Positions 1 through 13,141 of a stretch of DNA of 64,000 nt are shown piece after piece. Position numbers and translations under genes: made by a program. Origin of the DNA: the human T2T-CHM13v2.0 reference genome, Homo sapiens. Position 1 is the stretch's first letter, and every line of letters starts with the position of its first letter. The stretch is taken from NCBI RefSeq assembly GCF_009914755.1, contig NC_060930.1, one strand, 5' to 3'. Below the pieces are notes generated by a model. The model was not told where the DNA came from, did not search any database, and was given only the letters and a program-made list of their open reading frames with translations.

Positions 1-299
1 CATTCTTAGCAAAGTAACACAAGAAGAGAAAACCAAACACAGCATGTTCTCACTCATAAGTGGGAGCTGAACAATGAGAACACATGGACACAGGGAAGGG
101 AACATCACACACTGGGGCCTGTCAGGGGATGGGGGGCTAGGGGAGGGATAGCATTAGGAGAAATACCTAATGCAAATGATGAGTTGATGGGTGCAGCAAA
201 CCAACAAGGCACATGTATACTTAGGTAACAAACCTGCATATTGCACATATGTACCCCAGAGCTTAAAGTATAATTTAAAAATAATAATAATAATAAAAA
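1..299 (+). mobile_element. L1PA (L1PA7/8-like) 3' end, continuing from before the window
   Basis: Canonical L1 3'UTR (CATGTTCTCACTCATAAGTGGGAG...GGGAGGGATAGCATTAGGAGAAATACCTAATG...CTTAAAGTATAAT) followed by an A-rich (AAT)n tail. Confidence 0.93.
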
Positions 300-949
300 T
301 ACACATATATTCAAATTTAAGAATGCTTCTTTAGGATGAGCAAATGATTAGGTTTTCCCTTCTTACCTCATTTCCTAAATAGGACTTGTTTTTAACTATG
401 CTGTTTGTTATGTTTTTAAGAGTGAGGAACATTGAACGATTCACTGCTTTGAAATCTTTACTATATCTCCCCATGATGTATAGTGGTAGGTCACAACTTC
501 AAGGACAATGAGGTGGATGGACAGGTAACTATGTGTGAATGTGTGATATGATGGTTACAAGACCACAGACAGTGGCTGGAGAGAGCACTGGCCCTGTCTA
601 AAGGCATGCTGCTTCATTGAAAACAAAACAAAAACCAAAAACCCTTCACCACACAAAACATGTCCATGGGCCACATTAAGCCAAGAGGCTACCTGGATTG
701 TCATTATATCATTGTTGTAACTCTCACCACATAGATAGTTTACCTCTAGCTCAGGCTGAGATCAACTCTGTCTTTCATGGTTGACATGGATGAAAACGAA
801 CGGAAGCATATCATAGTATCACTCCAATTATCCTTGGAGCTGGCCAAAAGAAGGGACCCTACTGCTTCATCTTTGTATTCTGTTTACCAGTTCAGTTTGC
901 AAATAATCAGCATTGTGATCTCATGGGGAAACTATGTCAGATAAAAGAG

Positions 950-1110
950 AATGATAATACCAAACAACTATTGGGAGCTCATTTCTTGCCAGGCCCTGTA
1001 CTAGGAATTTTCCTTATCCTGTTTCATTTACTCTTCCTAACTAACCTATTGCATAAGAACTATCATTATCGCAATTTTATGGATGAGAGAGCTGAACACA
1101 ATAGGTGAAG
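950..1110 (-). mobile_element. MIR SINE relic
   Basis: Degenerate match to the reverse MIR core (TGCCAGGCCCTGTACTAGG...CATTATCGCAATTTTATGGATGAGAGAGCTGA). Confidence 0.6.
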
Positions 1111-1896
1111 CAGAAATTTGGTGACTGCAAAGTCTATGATTGTAACCAAAATATATATATTTATATAAAGCAAGTGTGAGTCAGTGGTTCAAGGATTGTG
1201 CAATAGGCTAGAAGGAAAGATATTGAATGTAGGTAATATTTAACAGGGAATTACTGTTTCCAACAATAGACCTTAGCAGCATTAGCAAGAGGAAGAGCAG
1301 TGGACCCAGGAGAGCTTGGAGAGGGGCTCAGTGGTGGGAGACTGAGGTTAGGGTTAGGGTTGAAGTGCAATCTGACAGAAGGGTGGGTGGAGACAGTGTT
1401 GAGTCTGAGCTTCTCCTCCCCCACAATTTCTCTTTCTTCATCCCCCCTCTACCCTTCATCTGTCCACTTACACAAATTCCAACTAAGAAGAGATAACCGA
1501 AACTTAGAAAAACACTGTATTTCATATATTTGAAGCATACGTGATTTCTCTCTACATCTCCCACCCTCCCCTTGGGTGTCTGGCCTCTGTTAAGTTAGGA
1601 AAACAGAAAAATGTAAACTTTAGTGATGTGGAGAAAAGGACAGACTCTTCCCCTTCATACCGCACCACAGTTGTATTCTAAGGTCTAGGTTAGGTGTGTT
1701 ACGGATGTTTCTCTCTGAGGGAGGGGCCTGAAGAGATCAGAGACAATGAACTCCAACCCCTACAGAAGCCTTGAGAGGCAGAGCAAAGTGCTCGCTGTTC
1801 TGTCCCTTCTGGTCTCTGGACTCTGTTTAGGAGTCACTTCTAGTACTAATATTTCTGTCAATGAAGAGACTCTCCCCATACTTCCTGATGTCACCC

Positions 1897-2621
<725 letters not shown>

Positions 2622-2626
2622 CACCC

Positions 2627-2714
2627 TACTTCACCAATTCTAAGATGTATATTTTTTCACACTTCTCTAAAATCATAAGATATTTTAAATTGACATTGTT
2701 TCCAGTGAAATATG
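2627..2714. mobile_element. MER104/Kanga-like (TcMar-Tc2) fragment
   Basis: TACTTCACCAATTCTAAGATGTATATTTTTTCACA resembles the MER104 terminus. Confidence 0.45.
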
Positions 2715-3400
2715 ATTGTTCCCAGTATTTGACAGAGTATTCGCCATTCCCTCAACTAGATATTACTTTGGAAATGCAAACTAATAGTTTGCTATATTGA
2801 GCTGAGTGACTGTAGTGTAACCACCATCCATGATTTGTATAGCCATGCCATGACTTTTCTCCAAGGATTTCAAAGTTCTATGCAGTTTTAAATAATTATT
2901 TTCCATAAGCCTGTCATCTAATTGCCATCTGTAAGCTCTGAAAAAAATATTTTTCCAGGGGATGCAAAACATGAACACTATGAGGGAGACAGAGCTTCAA
3001 AGCAATGCTTTGAAAGGGAAGGATAGGAAAATGGAATGGAATATATTTGTCCTCAGTTAAGCCTCATTGTACTACTTAAGCCCCACTTTCCTTTCCATAC
3101 AGGATTATAGCATTCTAACCACCAACTGTACCTTCTTTATTCTGTTGAAAGAGGCAGTTTGTTTTTCTACCTGGTATATTTTCAAAAGAACTGGATAATT
3201 GGCCAATACCATAACAGTTTTTTGATATATCACTGTCTTGCATAAAACTAAGACTCAAAGGTAACAGTACGTCTTAAGTATGTGTGTATGTCAGCATCTC
3301 AGTACTTAGTATGTGCACAAAGTAGACATGGATAGTTGTGAATACATGCATGTCACTGAATAACCAGACAACAATGTGAAATGCTGGCAAATGTCCAGGC

Positions 3401-3684
3401 TTTTTTTTTTTTTCTTTTTTGAGACAGGGTCTTGTTCTGTAGCCCAGGTTAGAGTGCTCATTGCAGCTCAACCTCCCAGGCTCAAACAATACTCCTACCT
3501 TAGCTTCTCGAGTAGCTGAGATTACAAGTGTGTACTACCATGCCTGGCTAATTTTTAATTTTTTTCTAGAGACAGGGTCTTGCTATGCTGCCCAGGCTGG
3601 TCTCAAACTCCTGAGCTCAAGTGAGCCTCCCGCCTTGGCCTCCCAAAGTGCTAGGATTACAAGCATGAACTACTGTACTCAGCC
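3401..3684 (-). mobile_element. AluJ (AluJo-like) with a small internal deletion
   Basis: GAGACAGGGTCTTG, CTCCTGAGCTCAAGTGA J-type diagnostics; TSD A(A/G)ATGTCCAGGC at 3389-3400 and 3685-3696. Confidence 0.93.
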
Positions 3685-3929
3685 AGATGTCCAGGCATTT
3701 AAGGAAGCCCTTCAAATCTACATACTCAAAATCATCAAATAAGTGACTATTTGCCCCCCTTTTATTTATTTATGTATTACATCTTCCCTTATATTCTAGG
3801 TGCATGTGTGTGTATGTGTGTGATTGAGTAAGTCAGAGACAGAGAGAAGTTGAGCGAATGAGAGACAGAGATTGTCTCTTCTGGGTTGTGAATATTTTGA
3901 AGGTGGCTTCATCAAAATACCATAGGTTT

Positions 3930-4076
3930 AGTGCCACCATTTTGAATACTGCTTCTGCCACATATAGGCAATGTGACTTTGGAATAATTACTTAACTTTT
4001 CTCATCTTCAGTTTTTGTACTTAGAAAATAAACATAATACCTGCGTTGAAGAGTTTAGTGAGGCTTAAAAATAATT
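3930..4076 (+). mobile_element. MIR relic
   Basis: TTCTGCCAC...TGTGACTTTGGAATAATTACTTAACTTTTCTCATCTTCAGTTT core. Confidence 0.65.
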
Positions 4077-5236
4077 TTTGAAAGAAACAGGCGAAATTTT
4101 AGATCTCATCCCATGTCTCTCTCCTGCTGTAGCCCTAGGCACAGCGCCTTGTACTTGGAAGGTACTGTCATGTTTTTTGAATGAATCGCAAAGTGTCTTG
4201 ACAAAAAACACACACTATTTTTGGCTTTCTATAAAACATGCAATAAATTTTATGGCCTGACTCTTTTGAGTACAAAGTAAAGAACCATTCATGATATGAT
4301 CCCGTTTTACCCCAAATGTTTAATATTTTCAACCAGAGTCATCAAATCCAATGTATTACTTATGTTCTAGCCTCACTGTCCTATATAAATATCATCTTCA
4401 TTTAGATGAAAACGACAACCATAAAACAAACAATACTGCAGATATTTCAGTTAAACCATGGAACTTACTTCAAGTTTATGGTATTACTAGTTTGAATTTT
4501 TCACAGAAGAAACCAAGATAGTCATTTCTAGTTTTTAAGAGATAAAAAAAATCACAAAACAGACATCTTCATGTCAACATTATTTCCCCTTTTGTTACTT
4601 TCTTTCCTTTCTTTTTCCACTGTCTTCTCCCCTACCCACCATCTGTTTGTTTGGAAGATCAATGAATGAATCATCCAACAGGCGAACAAACTCTGGATGA
4701 CACATTACTTTAAGCCACATCTGAAATGAATTGAAAGTTTAAAAGGCCACATAATAACATTGATCAGTATACATGCTTTTCTTGTTGAAAGATAATCAGA
4801 TGCCAGAAGGGCCCTTTGTAACACACTGTCCCAGGGACTATCAATTCCAACATCCACACATATGTTCCCCCCATAAAGCACTGGCAGCCATTTTGTACTT
4901 ATTGACTGTGCCTCTATAATTCTTCTTCAGATAAATGATTCACCAGATTGTAGTAGCCCTTAGTCAGAGAATCACAACTAACAGCTAAAAGCAAGTGTCA
5001 AAACCAAGCAAATGAGAGAGCGATAGTCTCTTCCCACTGTTCCGGGTGGCAATGGAAAGAGTAAATCCTAAATAGACTGGAAGCTGAGAACAGACAGCCG
5101 GAAAGAAGGTAGGACGATAAGAGGGAAGAAAGAAAGTGTTAGTGGATGGATTTAGGGCCAGATTAGTTCAAAAGCCTGAGTAAAATTTCAGCTCTAAGTT
5201 GTAGAAACTGAGTGGAAGCTGGAATCCAAACAAGTA

Positions 5237-5510
5237 CTTCATTTATTCAGTGGAAATATTTAACCAATACTCTATGTCAGGACATGTTCTAGATACTGGG
5301 GATATGTTATTAATCAAAACAGAAATGTGTAAACTCCTAGAAAGTATATTCCAGTGGGGGATGATAACAACAAACATTTAATGTAATCAATCAATCAATT
5401 ACTCATAAAGTATATTGAAAGAGAAAGAGAAGTGCTGTAGAAAAATTAAAAATCAGGGCAAGGAGAATTGCAAAGGCCAGAGTGGAAGCTTCCATGTAAA
5501 TGCTGTGGTC
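5237..5510 (-). mobile_element. L2 (L2a-like) 3' region
   Basis: TTCATTTATTCAG...CTATGTCAGGACATGTTCTAGATACTGGGGATA is the reverse L2 3' end. Confidence 0.7.
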
Positions 5511-7069
5511 TTAGCAAGAGGATTAAATATCAATAATTCACCAGAAAACGGCAGAGTCACAAAACTAAAAGGAAACCATTATGTAACATAACACAAAGAG
5601 AGCAATTTCATGACAGTATATAAAAGGACTACTCACATTTTTCATCTAATTTAAAGAAAATATTTACTATGCATGTAACACCAGAGAAGCTCTGAAAACA
5701 TTTCAGAGATAGTTCCTTGTCCATATGCTTCTTTAATAAAACACCTTTCTGCTAAAGAACACAGTTATGTGGACTTCACTTACTGGCAAGGTCAAAGTCC
5801 TCTAAAAGCAGTTTCGTTTCATCACTGTCCATGTGACTGATACTATTATCTTTGTTTTACAGGTGGGGACATTAGAATGTTGATGACTAAGCACCATGAG
5901 TCAGTGGTAGGGTTTATGGAAAACGCATGTCCTAGGCAGCATGCAAATGACTTCATCTTATGTGGGTTTGGCCATGTAAGAAGTTAAATTATCTCAGCAA
6001 TTTTGTGAACTTGGCTTTCTTCATAATTATCCTTCTTCCTGTCTGCTGTCCCAAAAGACCTGGTTACTGAAGAAAGCTCTGTGAGAGCTAAGGATGAGTG
6101 TAAATGCCATGAAAACACCATAAAAGTATTCTGTAGGTGCCATGCCACAGGGTTCTTCTAATGAAGGAATTCAGGAAAAGCTTAGGCACTGCCAAAGAGT
6201 TTAAGTTCTCAAGTATTTTTTTTTCCCCTCTTAGAAAAGTGCCTTTTTGGCTGGCATTTCATAGGAAAATGACAAAGACTTTACAGCAAGTCCCTTATCT
6301 CCTTTCCTTTTTTAAATCTTTAGAACATGGTTAATACTATGTATTTGTGGTTCAACTAGTAAACACTGATTACACTTGGCAAGTGACAGCAATAGCAGCA
6401 ACCCCACAAAACTTAGGCAATAATGATGGTTTCTTTAAATTTGGAATTCAAGATAAAATTGGGAAATGCATCAAGAAGGGATAAAGCTCTTTAGGTTATC
6501 TTATCACAGAATTTGAAATTTGTGGCCAAGAGAATGAAGTTAAATGTTTATTTTATACTACTTGATCATTCTGAAAGTTTTCCAAGTTATTTCAGACTAA
6601 ACTTAAAGCAGGATATTGTGTGAATCAACTCTTAAATATTAATGTGGCCCTGCCAAACTGGTTTCCTTAAAACCTCTTTCATTTGTGTTACCCTACCATT
6701 TTCTCATGTAACAGATGAAGATAAATGTGCAATGCTGTTAGCCCATTTTGCTACTTGGATTACTAGGTTCACACATAAACACATAGAGAGAGCACCTAAT
6801 TATTCAGGGCAAACGCCACTTTTGCCCAAGGCAACTTACTTTGTCTACCTATTACTCTTTTAGTGATCATTTTCTTTCCCTTGAAAAGTATCAGAATTGA
6901 AATACCAGGAATTCCAAAACAAACCACTCCTCCCTGTGTCATCCTTGTCCCGCTGCTTCTGATCTTGGCCCTCAAACCTAGTCAACGGCCTTATCAGAAC
7001 TGATCAAGCTGACTTAGATTGGAGTTATTTTGATGAGAGCTTGAGTGTGTAATCAGATGTATGGATTTT

Positions 7070-7460
7070 TGCCCTCTCCCAGAAAGAGGTCAGAAACATG
7101 TGGATGGAGCCCTAAGGGGTAGCCTGGTCTCGTTTGAAATAAAATAAATTGGCTTCACAGTGGCCACTCTGACCTCTGGCAGTCTAATTTCTCAGCTGGA
7201 TTATAACTAGATGCCCTACATACAGCTATTCTCAAGAACTACACAAGCCTACGAAAGAGAGAGAAACTTTTAACTGGTGAGAATGCTGGAGCTACATCTG
7301 TCCAGGAAACTGGTAACACGGTGACATCAACTGGGCTCCAGAAGTTTTGAGAACTTCCATTTGGCTTTGAGAAACAATTCAAGGTGTTAATTCTGACTTA
7401 TAAAGCTGTCTGTGTTTTGGATGCTGGTTACCTTAGAAATGGCTCTAAGCCCATTTCTCT
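7070..7460 (+). mobile_element. Very old L2-clade LINE RT C-terminal fossil (amniote-type)
   Basis: Translates to LISQLDYN (7184-7207) and ELPFGFEKQFKVLILTYKAVCVLDAGYLRN (7351-7440), collinear with L2-clade motifs (LVTSRLDYCN...LHWLP...QFKVLVLTYKAL.GLGPGYLRD). Confidence 0.55.
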
Positions 7461-9081
7461 TAGCTCTAAGGCTGAAGAGTTCCCAGATTTACACTTCAAA
7501 CACCCAGAAGCAACACCCTTCCATAAACAGACGAGATGGCTAGAATTAAGGGCTGCTTCAATCTCACAGAATTCTACTTTGTAAATTACAAATTTTACCC
7601 CTTGGCTTCCTTTACTGATTAGAAATATGAATGTGGAGAAAGTACCAATGTGAAAATTTTACCATCAGCAGATTAATATCCTTGAGTGTTAAAACATTTA
7701 AAGTCCAATCTTAAAAGAGTATAATAACAAATTCCAGTGTATATTTAAATAATGTTCCTGTTCATAACCCTAGCTATACAACATATTTATTCCATGAGAT
7801 CATATATTTAAACAATTATCTTCTTACTGGCAAGTACATATTCCCATGAGCAATGAGATTTTAATAAATTAGATGTCATCATCTGTAAATACCTTGTTTT
7901 AAAATATGCCTTTCATTTATACTAGGTTTTTAAAAGAATTTGGCAGATGTTTCCTTAACCTCTTCACAAGATTGACTTAACCTGCATACACTTGTACCAT
8001 TTTTACTATACCCTAATTATTCAACCATTGTTTTATTTGTCCAGAAACATCTGAACATGCTTTGAATAATCCAGACAGTGAAGAGTTGAAACTGTCTGGG
8101 GATTTAGCATAAGCTTTCTCTGGAACTAGCAGCACCATCAATGCTCAGTGCACCTCCTTTTAATATTCTAGTGTTTTAGGATCATTAACATTCCTTTCAG
8201 CTGCAGGATGTCTTTATAATTCTTTTTTTCACAGAGGAAAAAAACAGAAGCAGAATCGATTAAGAGGCTTACCCAAGGCCATTCAACAGATTACTGATAA
8301 AGGTAGAATTGGTGCATTATATCTCGTTGAAGAAAGCTTTTCCTTTTTGCGCATTTCTCTACCAACTAAATTAACCCATATCCTATCAGCAGGTGATGTC
8401 AATCTCAGAACACAAACTGTTCTTGCTGTTCCTGTTAAAATATATGTATGGAACACATGTATGAGAACACCATATAAAGGAACAAGAAATCAGTAGAGTG
8501 AGAGCCAATTCAAGATTTAAGTACAAGAGAAAAGTCCATAACTGTTCAAAATCGGACAGTTACTGGCAGCCTCAAATACTCTTGAGCTGGTATCAAAAGC
8601 AGAGAACTGCTGCGCCAGAATGCTAGGACAGTTCCTCATTCCCTCATACAAGCACAAGTATAGTCACCAGCATAAAAAGTCAAGATTGTTAGCAATGCCT
8701 AACCACCTAATTGCCCAAGTAACCGTCTTTCTTTTACAGGCCTCATTGTCTTGAGCATGAAGGAAGTGGCAAACCAGTGGGACTGTAATCTATTATCTGT
8801 TACCACTAAGAGCAGGGATGCATTGTGACACCAAGTGGGAAAAAAAGGCCAGAGAGATAGACATGGAGGAGACTCATCTGAGTAAGGCTGTACTAGACAT
8901 TGCCTTCATCTTTCCTTCAAAAGACTGACTTACAACTGTGGGCACACTGGGGAGGGGAGCCAGGAGGAGATAAGAAAAAGAAATCAACTTGATAGAAGAG
9001 CTTGAATAGGTTGGGCAAGGAGTGATTTTACATAGAGAGTAGTTTCCTGGTCCTTGCTCTGGTCTACATGCCTGTGAATCA

Positions 9082-9084
<3 letters not shown>

Positions 9085-9135
<51 letters not shown>

Positions 9136-9153
9136 CTCTCCCTCTCTCTCTCT
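9085..9153. repeat. (AC)24 microsatellite followed by an imperfect (CT)n
   Basis: Direct reading. Confidence 0.98.
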
Positions 9154-9995
9154 ATCATAAATTAATTACTCCTGCAGATTATTGAATGAAGCCCATGCAC
9201 AATGTGGCAGAATATGTGATAAATCCACCTGCCAGGACCCTTGGATGGTGCGTATGGTGGGTTGGGCAACACTTATCAAAGGAACAGCCGTCTTGTTCTC
9301 ACCAAAAAGCACGTGAATAAAAGCCAATGCAAAATGAGCTGCAATCGTAACATTGTTTTACTAAAGTTAATCTGGCTGCCAAGTATGGTCCAAACAGCTT
9401 TTTGTTTGCTTGTTTTAAGCCCTAGAGCTTTTGGCTGTTGGCTTTTATGATTGAGATATCAATTTTGAGAAAATCCTTTAATTGTTATGCTTTTTAAAAC
9501 CTTAATGCCCAGATACCACTCTAAAGGTTTCCTTGCCTTCCTCTGTCTGATACTCTGGAAAATGTCAGCTCCACAGCTATTTCATGATCCAGTGCAAAGC
9601 TAACTAGAAGATCATAAAACGATATGTCCAGAAACGTTAAAACGTTAAAAAAGTAGCTTGCTCTTTTCTCATAAACTAGATTCTAGTGTAAACTTGTATG
9701 AAGTACAAGCTTAAAATTTAAAGCTTCACAATTTTAGAATGTGTCCATAAAAAATATAGGAGTAATGACAGTGAATAAAGTATGTTTTTATAAACTTTTG
9801 GTTCTGCAAAAAAATTTTTAAAAACATTCTGTAATGAAATGTTTTAAGAACCTAAATTAGAAAAGAGAAAGGTACTAAATATGAAGACTGGGTAAATTAT
9901 TTGTCTATAAATTAGAAATTAAATATAGATAGATATTAAAAACCAAAATATTAGAATTAATTAGATCTAAGATGGTGTGCCAAGTAAATATATTC

Positions 9996-10393
9996 TTTTT
10001 TTAAAATTTTATTATTATTACACTTTAAGTTTTAGGGTACATATGCACAATGTGCAGGTTTGTTACATATGTATACATGTGCCATGTTGGTGTGCTGCAC
10101 CCATTAACTCATCATTTAACATTAGGTATATCTCCTAATGCTATCCCTCCCCCTCCACCCACCCCACAACAGTCCCTGGAGTGTGATGTTCCCCTTCCTG
10201 TGTCCATGTGTTCTCATTGTTCAATTCCCACCTATGAGTGAGAACATGCGGTGTTTGGTTTTTTGTCCTTGTGATAGTTTGCTGAGAATGATGGTTTCCA
10301 GTTTCATCCATGTCCCTACAAAGGACATGAACTCATCATTTTTTATGGCTGCATAGTATTCCATGGTGTATATGTGCCACATTTTCTTAATCC
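9996..10393 (-). mobile_element. 5'-truncated L1PA4-like 3' end
   Basis: TTTAAGTTTTAGGGTACAT...TCATTTAACATTAGGTATATCTCC...GTGCCACATTTTCTTAATCC; no TSD visible. Confidence 0.93.
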
Positions 10394-10540
10394 TTAGACG
10401 CTAGAATATCCATAGATGGAGTTCAGGCAATTAGCATATCCTTTAAAATAGTATGAAAAATCGTGTATCTTTGTGAACATGCTTTCTGTTAGATTCTGAG
10501 ATGGGTTCACAACATAAATAAGAAAGTTTTAAAGCCACTG
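10394..10540. mobile_element. hAT-Charlie MITE remnant
   Basis: CCATAGATGGAGTTCAGG...AGATTCTGAGATGGGTTCAC...AAAGCCACTG terminus. Confidence 0.5.
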
Positions 10541-11648
10541 ACACAAAAGATATGTCTTACACAATTCAAACTTTCAGTATTCAGTAATGCTTTGTTCTTT
10601 TTGATGGTTTTTCTAACTTAAGGTTGTTATACTTACTCAACTAGTAAGGCATATCTCAAACTTTTGTAATATTTGGTGTATGCAATCATTGCAAAATGCA
10701 AATTTCTTTTCATCATTCCTTTTCTGTACAGAAAGAAAGGAAAGAAGTGCCTAATAGGATAAGGACTATGTTATAAGTAATAACAATAAAATTAAAATGT
10801 TAGTGAATTTATTTAAATATCAAAAGAAAAATGCATATATACTGCCCTATTTTATTATCCATAAATCAAAAAGCAGTTTTATTCTATTCATTATTTTTCA
10901 AAGAAAGGAAGAAAATTCCTCCTCTTCCCTTCATTTTAAAGGTATTCATAGGCACTATAAGTATCTTACAGAAGGTTATTTGGCAATATGCTTAATGATT
11001 TGGATACTGAACAGTTACTTTAAACTGTATAGACTTGCTTTACTTAAACAAGCAATTTTCCCTTTCAAGAAGGATCTCATCAAAAATTGAACAGTGCCTC
11101 TACTTTACTGTCTGGAAAAGATGAGCAAAGACCAGAATACTTTCATTTATCCAAAAGAATGTATTTTTCTTCTTCTCCAGACTCCTATTTATCGAAAGCT
11201 TCCTGACTATGGGGGATAAAAAGAGTTTCACAAAACTAATAGACAATCTAAAGTTCTCTATACAATTGCAAATAATTTATCAACACAAATAAGAATAAAC
11301 ATTCATTTCTTGTCAATATGCATCATGAGGATGAAAGGAAAGTGTGGTACTTTGACATTTTTTTCAAACTGTTAACTTAATATAAACATAATTCAAGAAA
11401 TGTTTGGAAGAAGCAGTAGACTCCTGGTATTGAAGCCTTATCTTCATATATATTCTGCTCAAGTATCATCAAGTTTTGAAAGCTAACTACTGACTTGCCT
11501 AATTTATAAGATATTATCTCAAACTTTTGTAATATTTGGTTTGTGCACACATTATGTCCCAGTTAGCCATAATGAACTCCAAAATCAAATGAGAAAAGAT
11601 ATCACAGGAGGAAAGGAAAGGGCATTTAGACATTTTACTTTTTGATCA

Positions 11649-12050
<402 letters not shown>

Positions 12051-12099
12051 TTATCCCCAAAATTCCGTGTCTTTGTTTCCCAGAAAATTGTTCACCTTA

Positions 12100-12347
12100 G
12101 CAATATGCTTCAGGTTATGGGCTTTGGGAGCAGTGAAACCTGAATTCAAGCCCTAGTTCCATTGTCTACTAACCAACCTTGGCTACTTGGTTAATGTTTC
12201 ACTTATGAAACATGCATTTTCTCATTTAATACTCCCAGCAACTTGACTGATTAGATTTCAGTGATGATCAAATGAGCTACTCTATATAAAGCTATGCACA
12301 GTGTCTGGCACAGAGTAACTCTCCAGTGACTATCAGTCATTGTTATT
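12100..12347 (+). mobile_element. MIR (MIRb-like)
   Basis: GGGCTTTGGGAGCAG...CCTGAATTCAAGCCCTAGTTCC and the 3' CACAGTGTCTGGCACAGAGTAA. Confidence 0.7.
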
Positions 12348-12886
12348 AAAATATGTCTACACTAACGCTCTGTCCCTGCCTAGTTCATGATTTTCTAAAA
12401 TGTATTCCGTCTCAGCTCCATACTTTCTCAGATGTTGCCATGCATCCAAATGCCACTTATACATCAAGTCTCTCCAATATACCTCCTTATAAAGTCTTCT
12501 TTTAGGACTTTTGTAAGCTCCCATATCCTAATTACTGACTTCACATATCATTTGGTAGTTCTCTATTATCTATCTGTTATGTATCTATATTTTCCTAAAC
12601 TATTACTTATACTATTTCTATATTTTGAATTTATGTTTAGTATCCCAAATGAAACAGTAATTTAAGGACAAGCATTATCTTACATCTTTTCCTATTTTCC
12701 CTAATACCTAGCAGAATGTGTTGCCCTTATGTGTGCTACATAGAGATGATTTAATTTTTTAAGCCTATAGAAGAAAGAGACTATTTAAAATTATCTAAAA
12801 TCTATTTACTTCTACAAAACCCAGGCCTATAGCATTGAGCTGCACAATGGGGTTTAGAAGCGTGAGAAGTTGTTAGTTGTTATAGC

Positions 12887-13141
12887 CAGTGTTGTGCTGG
12901 AGTCAGATGGAACTACTGTATCTTGCAGGCATCAGTTGTGTATATTTTTCCTCCTACTCTGCATACAATGATGTCTCATTGGTAGCTTGAAATAGGCCAT
13001 GGTGTACTTACAGCACGAGAATTGGCAAACACTACAAATCTGGGCTTTCTCTCTCTCTCTCTTTCTCTCTCTCCTTTCTTTCTTTTGTTTTCTTTTTTTG
13101 GAAAGCTGATTGTTATACATACATTTATCAGCATACCACAA
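12887..13141 (+). mobile_element. MER63A (hAT-Blackjack) with an internal CT/T-rich expansion
   Basis: TIR-like CAGTGTTGTGCTGG ... TCAGCATACCACA; internal TTGGTAGCTTGAAATAGGCCATGGTG and GGCAAACACTACAAATC. Confidence 0.8.
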
